A program made the translations under genes and the position numbers. A model generated the notes under the pieces. It did no database searches. It was not told the origin of the DNA and was given only the letters and a program-made list of their open reading frames with translations. This document shows positions 50,631 to 64,000 of a DNA stretch of 64,000 bases, piece after piece (the first letter of the stretch is position 1; each line of letters opens with the position of its first letter). The DNA comes from Eledone cirrhosa. Lineage: Eukaryota. The stretch lies in NCBI GenBank assembly GCA_964016885.1, contig OZ024741.1, positions 146,692,001 through 146,756,000 on the forward strand, read 5' to 3'.

Positions 50631-51831
50631 GGTAAGTTGTTATGAGATACTATGCACTTAAATGTTCAAATGTGTTGAGAAATCAAGTTGGTGCATTACC
50701 CTATGCATGAAGTAAGGTATTTAAAATGTAAATTTAATTACTCTAAGGCGATATTTTATCCTAAAATCAATATCCGAAAAATGTATCTTAACCTTTAAGA
50801 AATAACTATTTAAATGTTTCATCAGTATTCTAACCCAATGGGTTTGCTTCATGAGAGTTCCCCAAAAGTTAGGTTAAATATTCATAGCATATGTATATTA
50901 TGGGTTTCATTCCCACTATCCTATTTCAGATTTAACAAATGATCTCCTATAATCTTATCCAAAATATGTAAGAAGTTAATATATAAAATCTTATAACATA
51001 TGCCATTTTCTACTTCAAGAAAAAAGAACAATTACTATGAAAACAAATATCAAATTCATTTTCATAATTGAATAGTATTTCTGTTCTTTTCTGAGACATA
51101 TTTATTACGCATATTTAGCGTTCATGATTTGAAATTATGAAATGTATAGGTTTCATTTAAAATTAATATTCATGTCTGAATATTTGTAAATTGATGTCTG
51201 GATAAAGCCAGACTAGTTGCAGCCAAAAGCATTTAATATAATATCCGTCTTAATAATGCCACAACTGATGTGCCAGTATCAAAAATTAGCTGTAGCAAAA
51301 CTTTTATAAAAAAATAAAGTTTCTCCTTTCTTTCAAGAGTGCCTATCATGATTTCAGGTTGATGGAAGGACACTCAGCTTCAGAAACCAATAAAATACAT
51401 CCAGTATACTCTGTAATGTAGTTAATCACAAGAGGGGCATCCAGCCATAGAAACCATGTCAAACAAAGGGTTTGGAGGACGCATCAATTGTGTGAAAGGC
51501 ACAGCAACTTTCCTAGTACTGGTACCAGAATAAAATGCACCCAGTACACTCTGTAATGTAGTTGGTGACAGGAACAGCATCCAGTTATTAAATACATTTT
51601 TTTAATAACATTTTTATTGGTTTCAGTCAGCAGACAGTGGCTATGCTAGTCAAGCATAACGACCTCATCAGTTCTTTTTTCCAAGTCTGTTACTTATTTT
51701 ATTGATCACTTTTTTATTGAACCATCAAGTTACAGGACGTAAACAGAGACAAATGGAAACACATATAGGGTATATGCACACACACACACACACACATACA
51801 CACATACACACATACACACATACATACATAT

Positions 51832-51863
<32 letters not shown>

Positions 51864-51898
51864 TATGGAATATTGCTACAATAATTTCTATACTTTTC

Positions 51899-51938
<40 letters not shown>

Positions 51939-54900
51939 AGCTTCTGTAGTTTCTGATTAACAAATTCCATTCACAAAGCAATGGTTAACCTAAGGCTAAA
52001 GTAGAAGATGACTGCAATGCAAACTCCTTAACCATACAGCCATGCCTGCATCTATTTGTTCGCTTTGCTTGATACCAACAAATAGAAATCAGTCATAGGG
52101 TTTTAGTTACCTGTGTCTTATTTAGTTTTTATGAAACACTCTTCTACCCCCTTTGATACCAACCCAGCCAAAACCAGCTCTGGTTCTATGAAACAAAACT
52201 ACCCATTTTAAAGTATTTCTATTTAAAATAAAATCTTCCAACATAATTTTACATAAGAACCATATATTAAGTTAGTGTTTTAATGAAATAATTAATTAGT
52301 TTAGTAAATACCTTAAAAATTCTTCATTACTTAATTGAAATAGAGTGTATTTCATTAGAAATGCAGTCTCAAAATGGTTAAAACTACTATAGACAAAATT
52401 GAAACATCAGTGAGGTATAAGAATAAAGAAATGCTATAGTTATTTGTAGTTTATACTGTAGATGTTCACAGCACAGTAGTCAAGCTGATATCAAAGAGAA
52501 TAATAGTAACAAGAATGACAGCATTGTCTGAAAGGTTGTCATGTTGGTATCATACTTCTTATTGCATAAACATTAACATGTTACATTAAGAGGTAAAGGC
52601 AATATTGTATTAATACTGATCTAAAACTAAAAATATCGAATAAAATATGGCAAAATATTCTCATATGATTTGATAAATAAGTGAAATAGTTCAAGGGGAG
52701 TTGGTGAAAACTTCCATATAAGATATGCTGCTAAGAGAGATTGGATTAAAAAATATAGATCATGAGCAAATAGAATAAATAGTGAAAGAGTTCTTTAGGT
52801 TCAACTTTCCTACAAAGAAGAATGACGGAGAAATATGAAAGCAGAAGAAAAGATGAGAATAGGGAATAGAAGAGAGAAAAGAGGAAAAATGAGTAAATGA
52901 AAAAAGGTGAGAGAGAATTTTCTCTCTTCTAATTGCTTTTAAACACTTGACTAGAGAAACCAAACAATATTATTTCAACTTTTAGCAAGGCAGTGTATTA
53001 TTGGAACTCTAAAGTTTTCCCTTCAGCAAAGGTGAATCTATTGCCTTCAGACAAACAGTAACTCCTTACATGTGTATATGACATCAATAGCTTTTTTTTT
53101 TCATTTTTGGATTTTTATGTAAGGTAAAAAGAAAAACATTCAGAATATAACATTTTATTTATTTATTTATTTTGTCTAGAAATGTATGTCAGAAAAATGT
53201 GTATGTATTAATAGTATAAATTTGTAGAATACAAATGTATGAAACATAAAATTGCATTAACTCGATTGGCCATGTTCCATTATAAACAAAATAAATTTCA
53301 GACATGAAAGAGATAATAATAATAATAATAATAATATATAATACTGCTCATGATGATGATATCTTGTGACTTGATTTCCATTTCACATCAAGTGCTAGAG
53401 ATTTTTTTTCTTACGTCCATATAAAAGTTTTCAACAGAGCCAAGGTTCAAAAAGAGAGATTATTCTACTCTTCCACCTTTTGTGGAAAAGAAAAGAAAAA
53501 ATAGAAGCCTATGTAATTTTCTAAAGGTGCAGGAATGTGTGGATATCAGTGTTGATAAGAAGAAAATAGAAATACGTTTGACTGCTGCAAGTAAAATCAA
53601 TGGTCTCTAATGAGACAGTTGAGCAAAAAGCAGCCTTCAGTGGCCATCTTGAGAAATTAGTTAAAAGGAAATAGTTGTTTGGAAAATCTCTCTCTCTCAC
53701 TCTCTCACTCTCTCTCTCTCTTTAAAAAAAATTTACATTTACACAGCAAATGTTAGATAAGAGTTCATAAAAAGCAATGAAAACAATTCTTTTATGCAAT
53801 ACCACCAATGAAATAAAACAGACTGTGGTAGATAGATAACTTAGTAGAGTTCATAACAGTAGAGATGACCCTTCACAATATAGAAATTACAAAATATCTA
53901 CAGAAATATATATAACAAGAACAAAATTTTCAATGTCAGCTATTTGTTTTCAGAGGTGACAAACCTTTCAACAGTCATCTACCCTTTTCCTTTCCATGTC
54001 TGAAATGTTTGTATAAATATAGAAATACACAAGTTTAATCTGAACAAAATACAATTTAGATATTTGATAACCATATAGAAAATATATTTGATGGTAAAAA
54101 CCAAAATGGGCAGTGACAAAATCTTGATTAAATTCAATATTCAATAAAAATGATATTCATCTTAGGTAACCAACAATATATTTTCTAAATCCGATTTCTT
54201 CCTAAGTTAGTGAAAAACAAATCATTCATATTTGAGTTAATTCTGCATAGTTTATCTGATAGCCAAGTACAACAATTATTATCAATATTCTTTCTATATT
54301 TGTTTTCCTCTTTTACTGTTATTCCACAACAGTTCCTATGGATTAAAAAAAGTTTTTCTAGTGTGGCGGTTAAAATTAAATTACTTGATTTAATATGCGT
54401 TTACAATAGATTAGGACTCTCATGCTCTACTCTGCTCATTGAGTTAGTTTAATCTAGCAGAATAATAAAGAAAAGCAAATATTTCAATTTAACATACAAA
54501 TAAATATTTTGTTTTCAGCCTGCAGCTGATTTGAAATTTTTCATTGTCTGAAATGTCAAGGAAAATAAACACTTTCTGTGTAATAGTGTGCAAAATGGTT
54601 ATCATATTTAAAGTGTGAAATGTTAAGCAGCTAAAGTAAGATAAAATATGGCATCAGAATTACTGAATTTCTACACAAATGTAGTTATATAATTACATAA
54701 TTTTTATTTGCTGTTCCTATCTCAAAGTAGATGAAGCTGTGATCATATCGTAGTTTAATTCTTATGTGAGTGTATATCTAATGAAATACTTTGTATACCA
54801 ATTTATTAATGAAGAATTTTGAGGGATTTTCTAAAATTATCAATTATTTCACGACTAAGATAGTAAATTAAAAGATTTTTCTTATATAAAATATAGTTTA

Positions 54901-55282
54901 AATTGGAGCCCTTTAAAATGGATGGTTTTATTTCATATCAACAGGGTTGAAACATGCAAAACAAGACTAAATGAATTTTAATTATACATAAAAATATTGG
55001 ATCCAGAATCACCCTGTGTTAGTGCTATTACTAATTAATAGTAGATGGAGAAGCTTGCAATATATGTAAACAAGCTTTTAACAATAATAGTTTGTTTAAA
55101 GATTTATAAAATTTTACTGTCTTCTTTACCTAAGCAAATGCCTGATTCCAAAGTAACTATGACATCATCACAGCTTAAAATACTCACAGAGAAATTAAAT
55201 ATATGTTTAGTATGCATTTACACCTTTTATCTAAATCATGTGGTGTTAATAATATTACTAATGCATTATTACCAATATAAAC

Positions 55283-57506
55283 TGTGATATTGTCGGGGAG
55301 AAGTGTGTACTTAATGATGACGGCGTACTTGCCATCACCGACGCTGATAAGAAGGTAGCTTGGAAGTGTCACTATGAAAGGCTACTAAATGAGGAGAATA
55401 AATGGGAGAAAGACAGTCTCCCCCACATCGACCCAATAGAGGGACCAGCAGTGTTAGTCGAGGGTAGTATAATAAGTAAGGCAATCAAGGATATGAAGAC
55501 GGGTAAGGCGGCTGGGCCTTCGGAAATAGTTGCTGAGATGCTGAAGGCATCTGGCACGGTGGGACACACCTTGGTCACCCGGAGAGTTAACCAAGTCGTA
55601 CAGAATGGGGTTGTTCCGAAGGACTGGCATAGCAGCATCATCGTTAACTGTTATAAGGGTAAAGGAGATGCCCTAGATAGGAGTAACTATAGAGGCATTA
55701 AATTAATCGACCAGGTCATGAGGGTCACGGAAAAAGTAATAGCGCAACTAATCAGAGAGAGAATTGACCTAGATGAAATGCAGTTCGGGTTTGTGTCAGG
55801 CAAAAGTACCACAGACGCTCTTTTCATTGTACGTCAACTACAGGAGAAGTACCTAGCTAAAGGTAAACCCCTCTACTTAGCTTTTGTCGACTTGGAGAAA
55901 GCCTTCGACAGAGTCCCCCGTTCCATTATCTGGTGGGCCCTTAGAAAACTAGGTGTCGACAAATGGCTTGTGAGGGCTATACAAGCCATGTATAAAGAAA
56001 CAGTCAGCAAGGTTAGAATTAACAACGAATATAGTGAAGAGTTTAGCGTAAAAGTTGGCGTCCATCAGGGCTCTGTTCTCAGCCCGCTACTATTTATTAT
56101 TGCCCTTCAGGCTATAACAGAGGAGTTCAAGACCGGCTGCCCATGGGAACTCCTATACGCAGACGACCTGACACTCATAGCTGAATCAATGGCCGAGCTA
56201 GAGAAGAAATTCCAAACATGGAAGCACGGCCTAGAATCAAAAGGCCTTAAAATTAACCTGGCTAAGACTAAAGTTCTAGTTTGTAGGAAAGAAAATAAGG
56301 CGCCGGTCCCTTCTGGGAAATGGCCATGCTCAGTGTGTAGGAAAGGTGTAGGTAGAAACTCCATTTTATGTCCCAAATGCAAAGTATGGGTGCATAAAAG
56401 ATGTAGTGGGATCACAGGTAAGCTAACTAAGAACTTAGATTTTACATGTGGGCGGTGCTCTGGTGCAATAAGTAGCAGCGAGTGCCCACAAAATACTAAC
56501 TCTTTCAATTGCGCAGAGGGCTCTATAGAAATAGTGGACAGCTTCCGTTACCTGGGTGACAAAATCAGCAGTGGGGGAGGGTGCTCCGAAAGTACAGTAG
56601 CTAGAGTCAGAACTGGATGGAAAAAGTTCAGAGAGCTTATACCACTATTAGCCGCTAAAGGGTTCTCCCTAAAAATGAAAGGCAGGTTGTATGATGCCTG
56701 CATACGAACAGCAATGTTGCATGGCAGTGAGACCTGGGCATTGTGTGCAGAGTATATACGCAGAATAGAGAGGAACGAAGCTTGCATGCTCCGCTGGATG
56801 TGTAATAGTAATATACGTGAACGGCAAAGCATAAACGAACTAAGGAAAAAATTAGAAATAAGAGGGATCAGATGTTGTTTACTCGAGAGAAGGCTACGTT
56901 GGTACGGACACGTGATGCGCATGAAAGTCGATAGCTGTATAACAAAGTGCAGGGCAATAAAGATAGACAGTAGCCACGGAATAGGCAGACCTAGAAAATC
57001 CTGGGACGAGCTGATAAACTCCGACCTCACACACTTACACCTCTCCAAGACAATGTCACTGGACCGAGACCTTTGGCGGTACTCAGTAATAGAGAAGACC
57101 CGCCTTACCTAAATACATAGTAAAACCTACTACAGCCAGTAGGCATCTCTAACAAAATACACCCCCGTCCCACCACCCACACCCCATCCACACCACCCCC
57201 TCCTATGTAAAGTTATGTTGGTGCCACAACATCCAGGCCGAAACAAATGAGATCGTGTAGGTGTCACGACAAAAAAACACACAGTCCACGCTGTAATGTG
57301 GCCGTGTAGGCAACACGGTAAAAACCTCCCAGTCCCACACTGTAAATGTGGTTGGTGTTAGGAAGGGCATCCAACTGTAGAAAACCTGCCAGACAGTCCT
57401 ATGCGAGCAAGACAATCACTCTTGCCTCAAGTGGGAATACCCCCGTCCAAACCCATGCAAGCGTGGAACACGGACGTTAAACGTTGATGATGATGATGAT
57501 GATGAT
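55283..57506 (+). mobile_element. 5'-truncated RTE-clade LINE with open RT-PHD frame (55283-57112), 3' UTR and (GAT)n tail
   Basis: CDIVGEKC... continues in frame into the 553 aa ORF; same motifs as 8476-10548 with many synonymous differences. Confidence 0.95.
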
Positions 57507-58552
57507 ACTGTATATCTGGTTATGCAATGTTCTTAAAAGAAACTTTCAGCCTTTAGGATGAAGTCTTAATTATAGATTTAGTATCATTATTCTGAGCTAT
57601 TATTTTGACCTGCTATTTGTAGCATATTTTAGTTTCGTCTGTAATACTGATGCCTAAAGAAAGTGTTAGAGTTGTAATTATCTTTTCTTGGCTGTTTTGA
57701 GGTTATTGACTGAAATAGAACACTATATCATAAATGTTATGGAGTTTAAGAGTGTATTGTAGTTTGTTTGAAGTATTGTGTAAAGTATAGAAAATAATTT
57801 TAAAATGGCAGCATACGAATAACAATATATTCTATTCTGAATTATTTTCCTCAATTTTTCTTTTGGTGAAGGAATTTTATCCAGAAATATAACAACTTTT
57901 AAGTAACTCTAAGTTAAGGTTCCAGCATTTATTATCATTAACATTTAATATTCTATCTGCATTGACATAGCCTTCTAATAAAATGCACCATTTGTGCAGT
58001 TTGTTTCAATTAACAGCTTTTATTCCAAACAACCACTGGATCTATGATACAAAACTGTTGGTTTTAAAGTGTTCACATTTTAATTAAAAACCATTCATCA
58101 TAATTTTATTGAAGAGTTTTATGTTAAGTAATGTTCCAAACATCAGATTACTAAAGTAAAGAGTTATTTTACTAAATTCTGAAAAAAGTTGATTATTTCC
58201 AAAATTGATTGAAACACATTGGTAGTGTTTTCCATTAGAAATATAGTAATGAAACAGTTCTATCTTGAAAGTCTTAAGGTTTTCTATTGTACACTTATTC
58301 CATTAAAAAGAACATTGTTGTTATAGTTGTATCATTTGTCAATTTGAATAATGAAAATGTAGGTGTTTGATCAACCCATCCACAATCACCTCTGGTTTAT
58401 GAAACAAAACCACCAAATGTGAAGGATTCCAGTTTAAATTAAAATCTTTCAATATTGTTTGATAAGAACCTCTTGTTAAGTTATGTGTTATTATCATAAT
58501 AATAAAATATTTCCTAAATTTAGTAAATCTCTTCAAAATACATCATTAATTA

Positions 58553-58730
58553 TCGGTGGACTGGCGGTATCGGTAGAGGGTCAGACGCCATGCTTTGCAG
58601 CATAAAGTTACTGCCCTTTAATTCTACTGAGGTTTACTTTGCCTTTTATCTTTATGGGGTCGATAAAATAAAGCACCAGTAATATACTGGGATAATTGCT
58701 GGCCTTGTGCCAAAAGTAGAAACAATTATT
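58553..58730 (+). mobile_element. Family-A SINE
   Basis: Same head, core and 'ccttgtgccaaaagtagaaacaattatt' tail. Confidence 0.85.
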
Positions 58731-58865
58731 AGAAATATGGTAATGATAAAGTTAAATTAATATTGAAGAGACGTACTGTCCCACTGACATATGCACCTGT
58801 AGCATAATTCTAAGAACAAATCAGCAACAATATGTGATAAGGCCAGGCCATTAAATCAGAAGTAC

Positions 58866-59834
58866 AAAGCACCCAGTCCACATTGTAAAGTGGTCAAGCA
58901 GGTGTCACGACAAAAAGCACCCAGCCCACATTGTAAAGTGGTGGTGTAGGTCTCATGACAAAAAGCACCCAGCCCACACTGTAAAGTAGTCGTGTCAGTG
59001 TCACAGCAAAAAGCACCCAGCACACACTGTAAAGTGGTTGTGTAGGTGCTACGGCAAAAAGCACCTAGCCCACACTGTAAAGTGGTTGTGTAGGTGTTAC
59101 GGCAAAAAGCACCCAGCCCACACTGTAAAGTGGGTGTGTAGGTGTTACAGCAAAAAGCACCCAGCCCACACTGTAAAGTGGTTGTGTAGGTGTTACAGCA
59201 AAAAGCACCCAGCCCACACTGTAAAGTGGTCGTGTAGGTGTCATGACAAAAAGCACCCAGCCCACACTGTAAAGTGGTTATGTAGGTGTCACAACAAAAA
59301 GCACCCAGTACATTCTGTAAATGTGGTTATGTAGGTGTCACAACAAAAAGCACCCAGCCCACACTGTAAAGTGGTTATGTAGGTGTCACAACAAAAATCA
59401 CCCAGCCCACACTGTAAAGTGGTTATGTAGGTGTCACAACAAAAAGCACCCAGCCCACACTGTAAAGTGGTCGTGTAGGTGTCACAAAAAAAAGCACCCA
59501 TCCCACATTGTAAAGTGGTTATGTAGGTGTCATGACAAAAAGCACCCAGCCCACACTGTAAAGTGGTTATGTAGGTGTCACAACAAAAAGCACCCAGTAC
59601 ATTCTGTAAATGTGGTTATGTAGGTGTCACAACAAAAAGCACCCAGCCCACACTGTAAAGTGGTCGTGTAGGTGTCACAACAAAAAGCACCCATCCCACA
59701 CTGTAAAGTGGTTATGTAGGTGTCACAACAAAAAGCACCCAGTACATTCTGTAAATATGGTTGGTCCTCCAGCCTGGATCCCTCACAATGAGACAACACG
59801 TGGAAATGGACATTAAACGATGATGATGATGATG
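58866..59834 (+). repeat. 48 bp minisatellite (~18-19 units) derived from the RTE 3' UTR repeat, ending in an RTE tail
   Basis: Unit aaaagcacccagcccacactgtaaagtggttatgtaggtgtcacaaca; terminal 'cacgtggaaatggacattaaacgatgatgatg'. Confidence 0.93.
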
Positions 59835-60697
59835 AATCAATTCAACAGGTTTCCACAGAATTTCTGTTTCCCCATTTTCACTCACAAGTCTTAGCTATAG
59901 CTGAGAATGTGGTAAAACACACTTGACTTAGATGTTTTACAGAGGAATAGAGCACTAGAACTCTTGATTGTTGATTGAAACTTCTTAACTTCTTAACAGA
60001 TGTAATACATGCCTCTGTTTGACATTTTTTTCCCAGCTCACACCTACCAGATTGTATATCAGGTGTTTTAAGGATAGGGGCCCCAGTCTTTTATAAAAAG
60101 AAATGTGAAAGGGAGAGTCTTTCTCCAGAACACATGCTGTTTGATCAGGAATCTAACCAATGACCTTATGATTAAGAGTCCAACACCCTAACCACTAGGC
60201 CACATACATTAACCCTGCCTGTATATCTTTGTTGTATATCAAAGAAGATTAATAAATATTAATTTTAATTTTGCTGCTACAATTAATGAGAAAATTTCAA
60301 CTTCATATTCTTTTTCATAATTTCTTTTCTAACTATTTGTATTTCAGAATAGTTTTGAGAAGTAAATAAGAAAGCTTTTCATACCTTGTATTCTAAAGAT
60401 CATAGAATATAATTCACAATATTGAGACCTGACTAGATGGGTTGTTAGAGAACAATAGAAGAGCTTAATATATCTATTGTATTCTAAAGGTTAAAATAAT
60501 AAGCTACTGTAAGTTTGTGGATATCAATATACTACATTTATTGTATAGTCTTTTATAGTAAAGTTCAAACTATTGTGATTACTGCTACTTACTTGTGATG
60601 GTCTTGAAACATTCACACTTCAGTATGATATCAAGAAACAAATTGCACTGTTTAAATGTATATGTAAATGTGGGTGTATGTATATATATATATGTGT

Positions 60698-61117
60698 CTG
60701 ACCGCAGCCCCCTCGTGGAGAAGCAGGAGGGTGAAGGGGTGGATCGGCTTTTTGACTTTCAAGTAGCATACTATATATATTTAAAGTAATTTATAAGTAG
60801 AATGGGGAGGATTTTGTTTTTTTTTGTTTGAGAATACGATAGAATTAAGATAGAAGGTTATGAATGTTTAACAAGCGATTTAACAAAAAGCAAAACTGCA
60901 AGATTTGTTCTGTTCAATACGACAAAAACACCGTATTTAAACCTTAAATAGATAACAAAAAAATACAGATTTCGGATTTTGCGAGATTGGATGTTTGTTT
61001 GGACTGTGTACGGAATTGAGCGTGGAAATGGAGAGAAGGATTGTACTTTACGGTTTACATGAGTCCATCATAGAAATAATTGAAGCAAAGTGGATAAACA
61101 TGAAGGAAAACTTATCT

Positions 61118-61152
<35 letters not shown>

Positions 61153-61352
61153 AGCTAAGCGAGAGATAGAGGGGAAGAAAGAGAGGGGGGGGGGAGATAG
61201 TGGCTGACCGCAGCCCCCTCGTGGAGAAGCAGGAGGGTGAAGGGGTGGATCGGCTTTTTGACTTTCAAGTAGCATACTATATATATTTAAAGTAATTTAT
61301 AAGTAGAATCCCCCCCCCCCTCTCTTTCTTCCCCTCTATCTCTCGCTTAGCT

Positions 61353-61387
<35 letters not shown>

Positions 61388-61859
61388 AGATAAGTTTTCC
61401 TTCATGTTTATCCACTTTGCTTCAATTATTTCTATGATGGACTCATGTAAACCGTAAAGTACAATCCTTCTCTCCATTTCCACGCTCAATTCCGTACACA
61501 GTCCAAACAAACATCCAATCTCGCAAAATCCGAAATCTGTATTTTTTTGTTATCTATTTAAGGTTTAAATACGGTGTTTTTGTCGTATTGAACAGAACAA
61601 ATCTTGCAGTTTTGCTTTTTGTTAAATCGCTTGTTAAACATTCATAACCTTCTATCTTAATTCTATCGTATTCTCAAACAAAAAAAAACAAAATCCTCCC
61701 CATTCTACTTATAAATTACTTTAAATATATATAGTATGCTACTTGAAAGTCAAAAAGCCGATCCACCCCTTCACCCTCCTGCTTCTCCACGAGGGGGCTG
61801 CGGTCAGCCACTATCTCCCCCCCCCCCTCTCTTTCTTCCCCTCTATCTCTCGCTTAGCT

Positions 61860-61894
<35 letters not shown>

Positions 61895-62364
61895 AGATAA
61901 GTTTTCCTTCATGTTTATCCACTTTGCTTCAATTATTTCTATGATGGACTCATGTAAACCGTAAAGTACAATCCTTCTCTCCATTTCCACGCTCAATTCC
62001 GTACACAGTCCAAACAAACATCCAATCTCGCAAAATCCGAAATCTGTATTTTTTTGTTATCTATTTAAGGTTTAAATACGGTGTTTTTGTCGTATTGAAC
62101 AGAACAAATCTTGCAGTTTTGCTTTTTGTTAAATCGCTTGTTAAACATTCATAACCTTCTATCTTAATTCTATCGTATTCTCAAACAAAAAAAACAAAAT
62201 CCTCCCCATTCTACTTATAAATTACTTTAAATATATATAGTATGCTACTTGAAAGTCAAAAAGCCGATCCACCCCTTCACCCTCCTGCTTCTCCACGAGG
62301 GGGCTGCGGTCAGCCACTATCCCCCCCCCCCCTCTCTTTCTTCCCCTCTATCTCTCGCTTAGCT

Positions 62365-62399
<35 letters not shown>

Positions 62400-62867
62400 A
62401 GATAAGTTTTCCTTCATGTTTATCCACTTTGCTTCAATTATTTCTATGATGGACTCATGTAAACCGTAAAGTACAATCCTTCTCTCCATTTCCACGCTCA
62501 ATTCCGTACACAGTCCAAACAAACATCCAATCTCGCAAAATCCGAAATCTGTATTTTTTTGTTATCTATTTAAGGTTTAAATACGGTGTTTTTGTCGTAT
62601 TGAACAGAACAACTTGCAGTTTTGCTTTTTGTTAAATCGCTTGTTAAACATTCATAACCTTCTATCTTAATTCTATCGTATTCTCAAACAAAAAAAACAA
62701 AATCCTCCCCATTCTACTTATAAATTACTTTAAATATATATAGTATGCTACTTGAAAGTCAAAAAGCCGATCCACCCCTTCACCCTCCTGCTTCTCCACG
62801 AGGGGGCTGCGGTCAGCCACTATCTCCCCCCCCCCTCTCTTTCTTCCCCTCTATCTCTCGCTTAGCT

Positions 62868-62904
<37 letters not shown>

Positions 62905-63374
62905 AGATAAGTTTTCCTTCATGTTTATCCACTTTGCTTCAATTATTTCTATGATGGACTCATGTAAACCGTAAAGTACAATCCTTCTCTCCATTTCCAC
63001 GCTCAATTCCGTACACAGTCCAAACAAACATCCAATCTCGCAAAATCCGAAATCTGTATTTTTTTGTTATCTATTTAAGGTTTAAATACGGTGTTTTTGT
63101 CGTATTGAACAGAACAAATCTTGCAGTTTTGCTTTTTGTTAAATCGCTTGTTAAACATTCATAACCTTCTATCTTAATTCTATCGTATTCTCAAACAAAA
63201 AAAACAAAATCCTCCCCATTCTACTTATAAATTACTTTAAATATATATAGTATGCTACTTGAAAGTCAAAAAGCCGATCCACCCCTTCACCCTCCTGCTT
63301 CTCCACGAGGGGGCTGCGGTCAGCCACTATCTCCCCCCCCCCTCTCTTTCTTCCCCTCTATCTCTCGCTTAGCT

Positions 63375-63411
<37 letters not shown>

Positions 63412-63881
63412 AGATAAGTTTTCCTTCATGTTTATCCACTTTGCTTCAATTATTTCTATGATGGACTCATGTAAACCGTAAAGTACAATCCTTCTCTCCA
63501 TTTCCACGCTCAATTCCGTACACAGTCCAAACAAACATCCAATCTCGCAAAATCCGAAATCTGTATTTTTTTGTTATCTATTTAAGGTTTAAATACGGTG
63601 TTTTTGTCGTATTGAACAGAACAAATCTTGCAGTTTTGCTTTTTGTTAAATCGCTTGTTAAACATTCATAACCTTCTATCTTAATTCTATCGTATTCTCA
63701 AACAAAAAAAACAAAATCCTCCCCATTCTACTTATAAATTACTTTAAATATATATAGTATGCTACTTGAAAGTCAAAAAGCCGATCCACCCCTTCACCCT
63801 CCTGCTTCTCCACGAGGGGGCTGCGGTCAGCCACTATCTCCCCCCCCCCTCTCTTTCTTCCCCTCTATCTCTCGCTTAGCT

Positions 63882-63918
<37 letters not shown>

Positions 63919-64000
63919 AGATAAGTTTTCCTTCATGTTTATCCACTTTGCTTCAATTATTTCTATGATGGACTCATGTAAACCGTAAAGTACAATCCTT
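60698..64000. repeat. 507 bp satellite, near-identical units, with an orientation switch at ~61308; continues past the window edge
   Basis: About 1.2 units in one orientation (60698-61308), then about 5.3 inverted units. Period shown by identical ORFs at 62745, 63252 and 63759. Confidence 0.96.

Noticed and set aside
59038-59816. ORFs with a 16-aa Cys/His repeat (KKHPAHTVKWLCRCHN); also a superficially CRISPR-like periodicity
   Set aside because: By-product of a 48 bp minisatellite open on both strands; no unique spacers, no cas genes, eukaryotic context.
60995-63968. Repeated 68-77 aa ORFs in the 507 bp satellite
   Set aside because: They run through (CA)n/(TA)n and poly-C tracts and contain no recognisable domain.
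60698-64000. Retrozyme interpretation of the 507 bp (and 514 bp) tandem units
   Set aside because: No CUGANGA...GAAA hammerhead core found by eye on either strand.

Overview
AT-rich, microsatellite-dense animal DNA, almost entirely transposable elements. The SINE/RTE repertoire and (TA)n/(CA)n/(AAT)n/(GAT)n load suggest an octopus or other coleoid cephalopod (inference). No host gene can be identified confidently; only weak candidate minus-strand exons were seen. Main content: (1) RTE-clade LINEs, including two near-identical young copies (1-1605+ and 8170-11230) and a related copy (55283-57506), with a PHD finger inside the RT C-terminal region; (2) a Penelope-like GIY-YIG element in (TA)n with a minimal hammerhead ribozyme and an inverted terminal copy; (3) a ~15 kb divergent array (34580-49650) built on an (AAT)n microsatellite, with Tx1-clade LINEs plus SINEs head-to-tail on the minus strand and four R4/Dong-type RLE LINEs head-to-tail on the plus strand; (4) a tRNA-derived SINE whose 3' tail and 16-18 bp ATTAT-starting TSDs match the Tx1 elements; (5) tandem arrays of ~514, 48 and 507 bp, the last with a foldback inversion; (6) several inverted repeats and MITEs. 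All alignments and RNA folds were done by eye.
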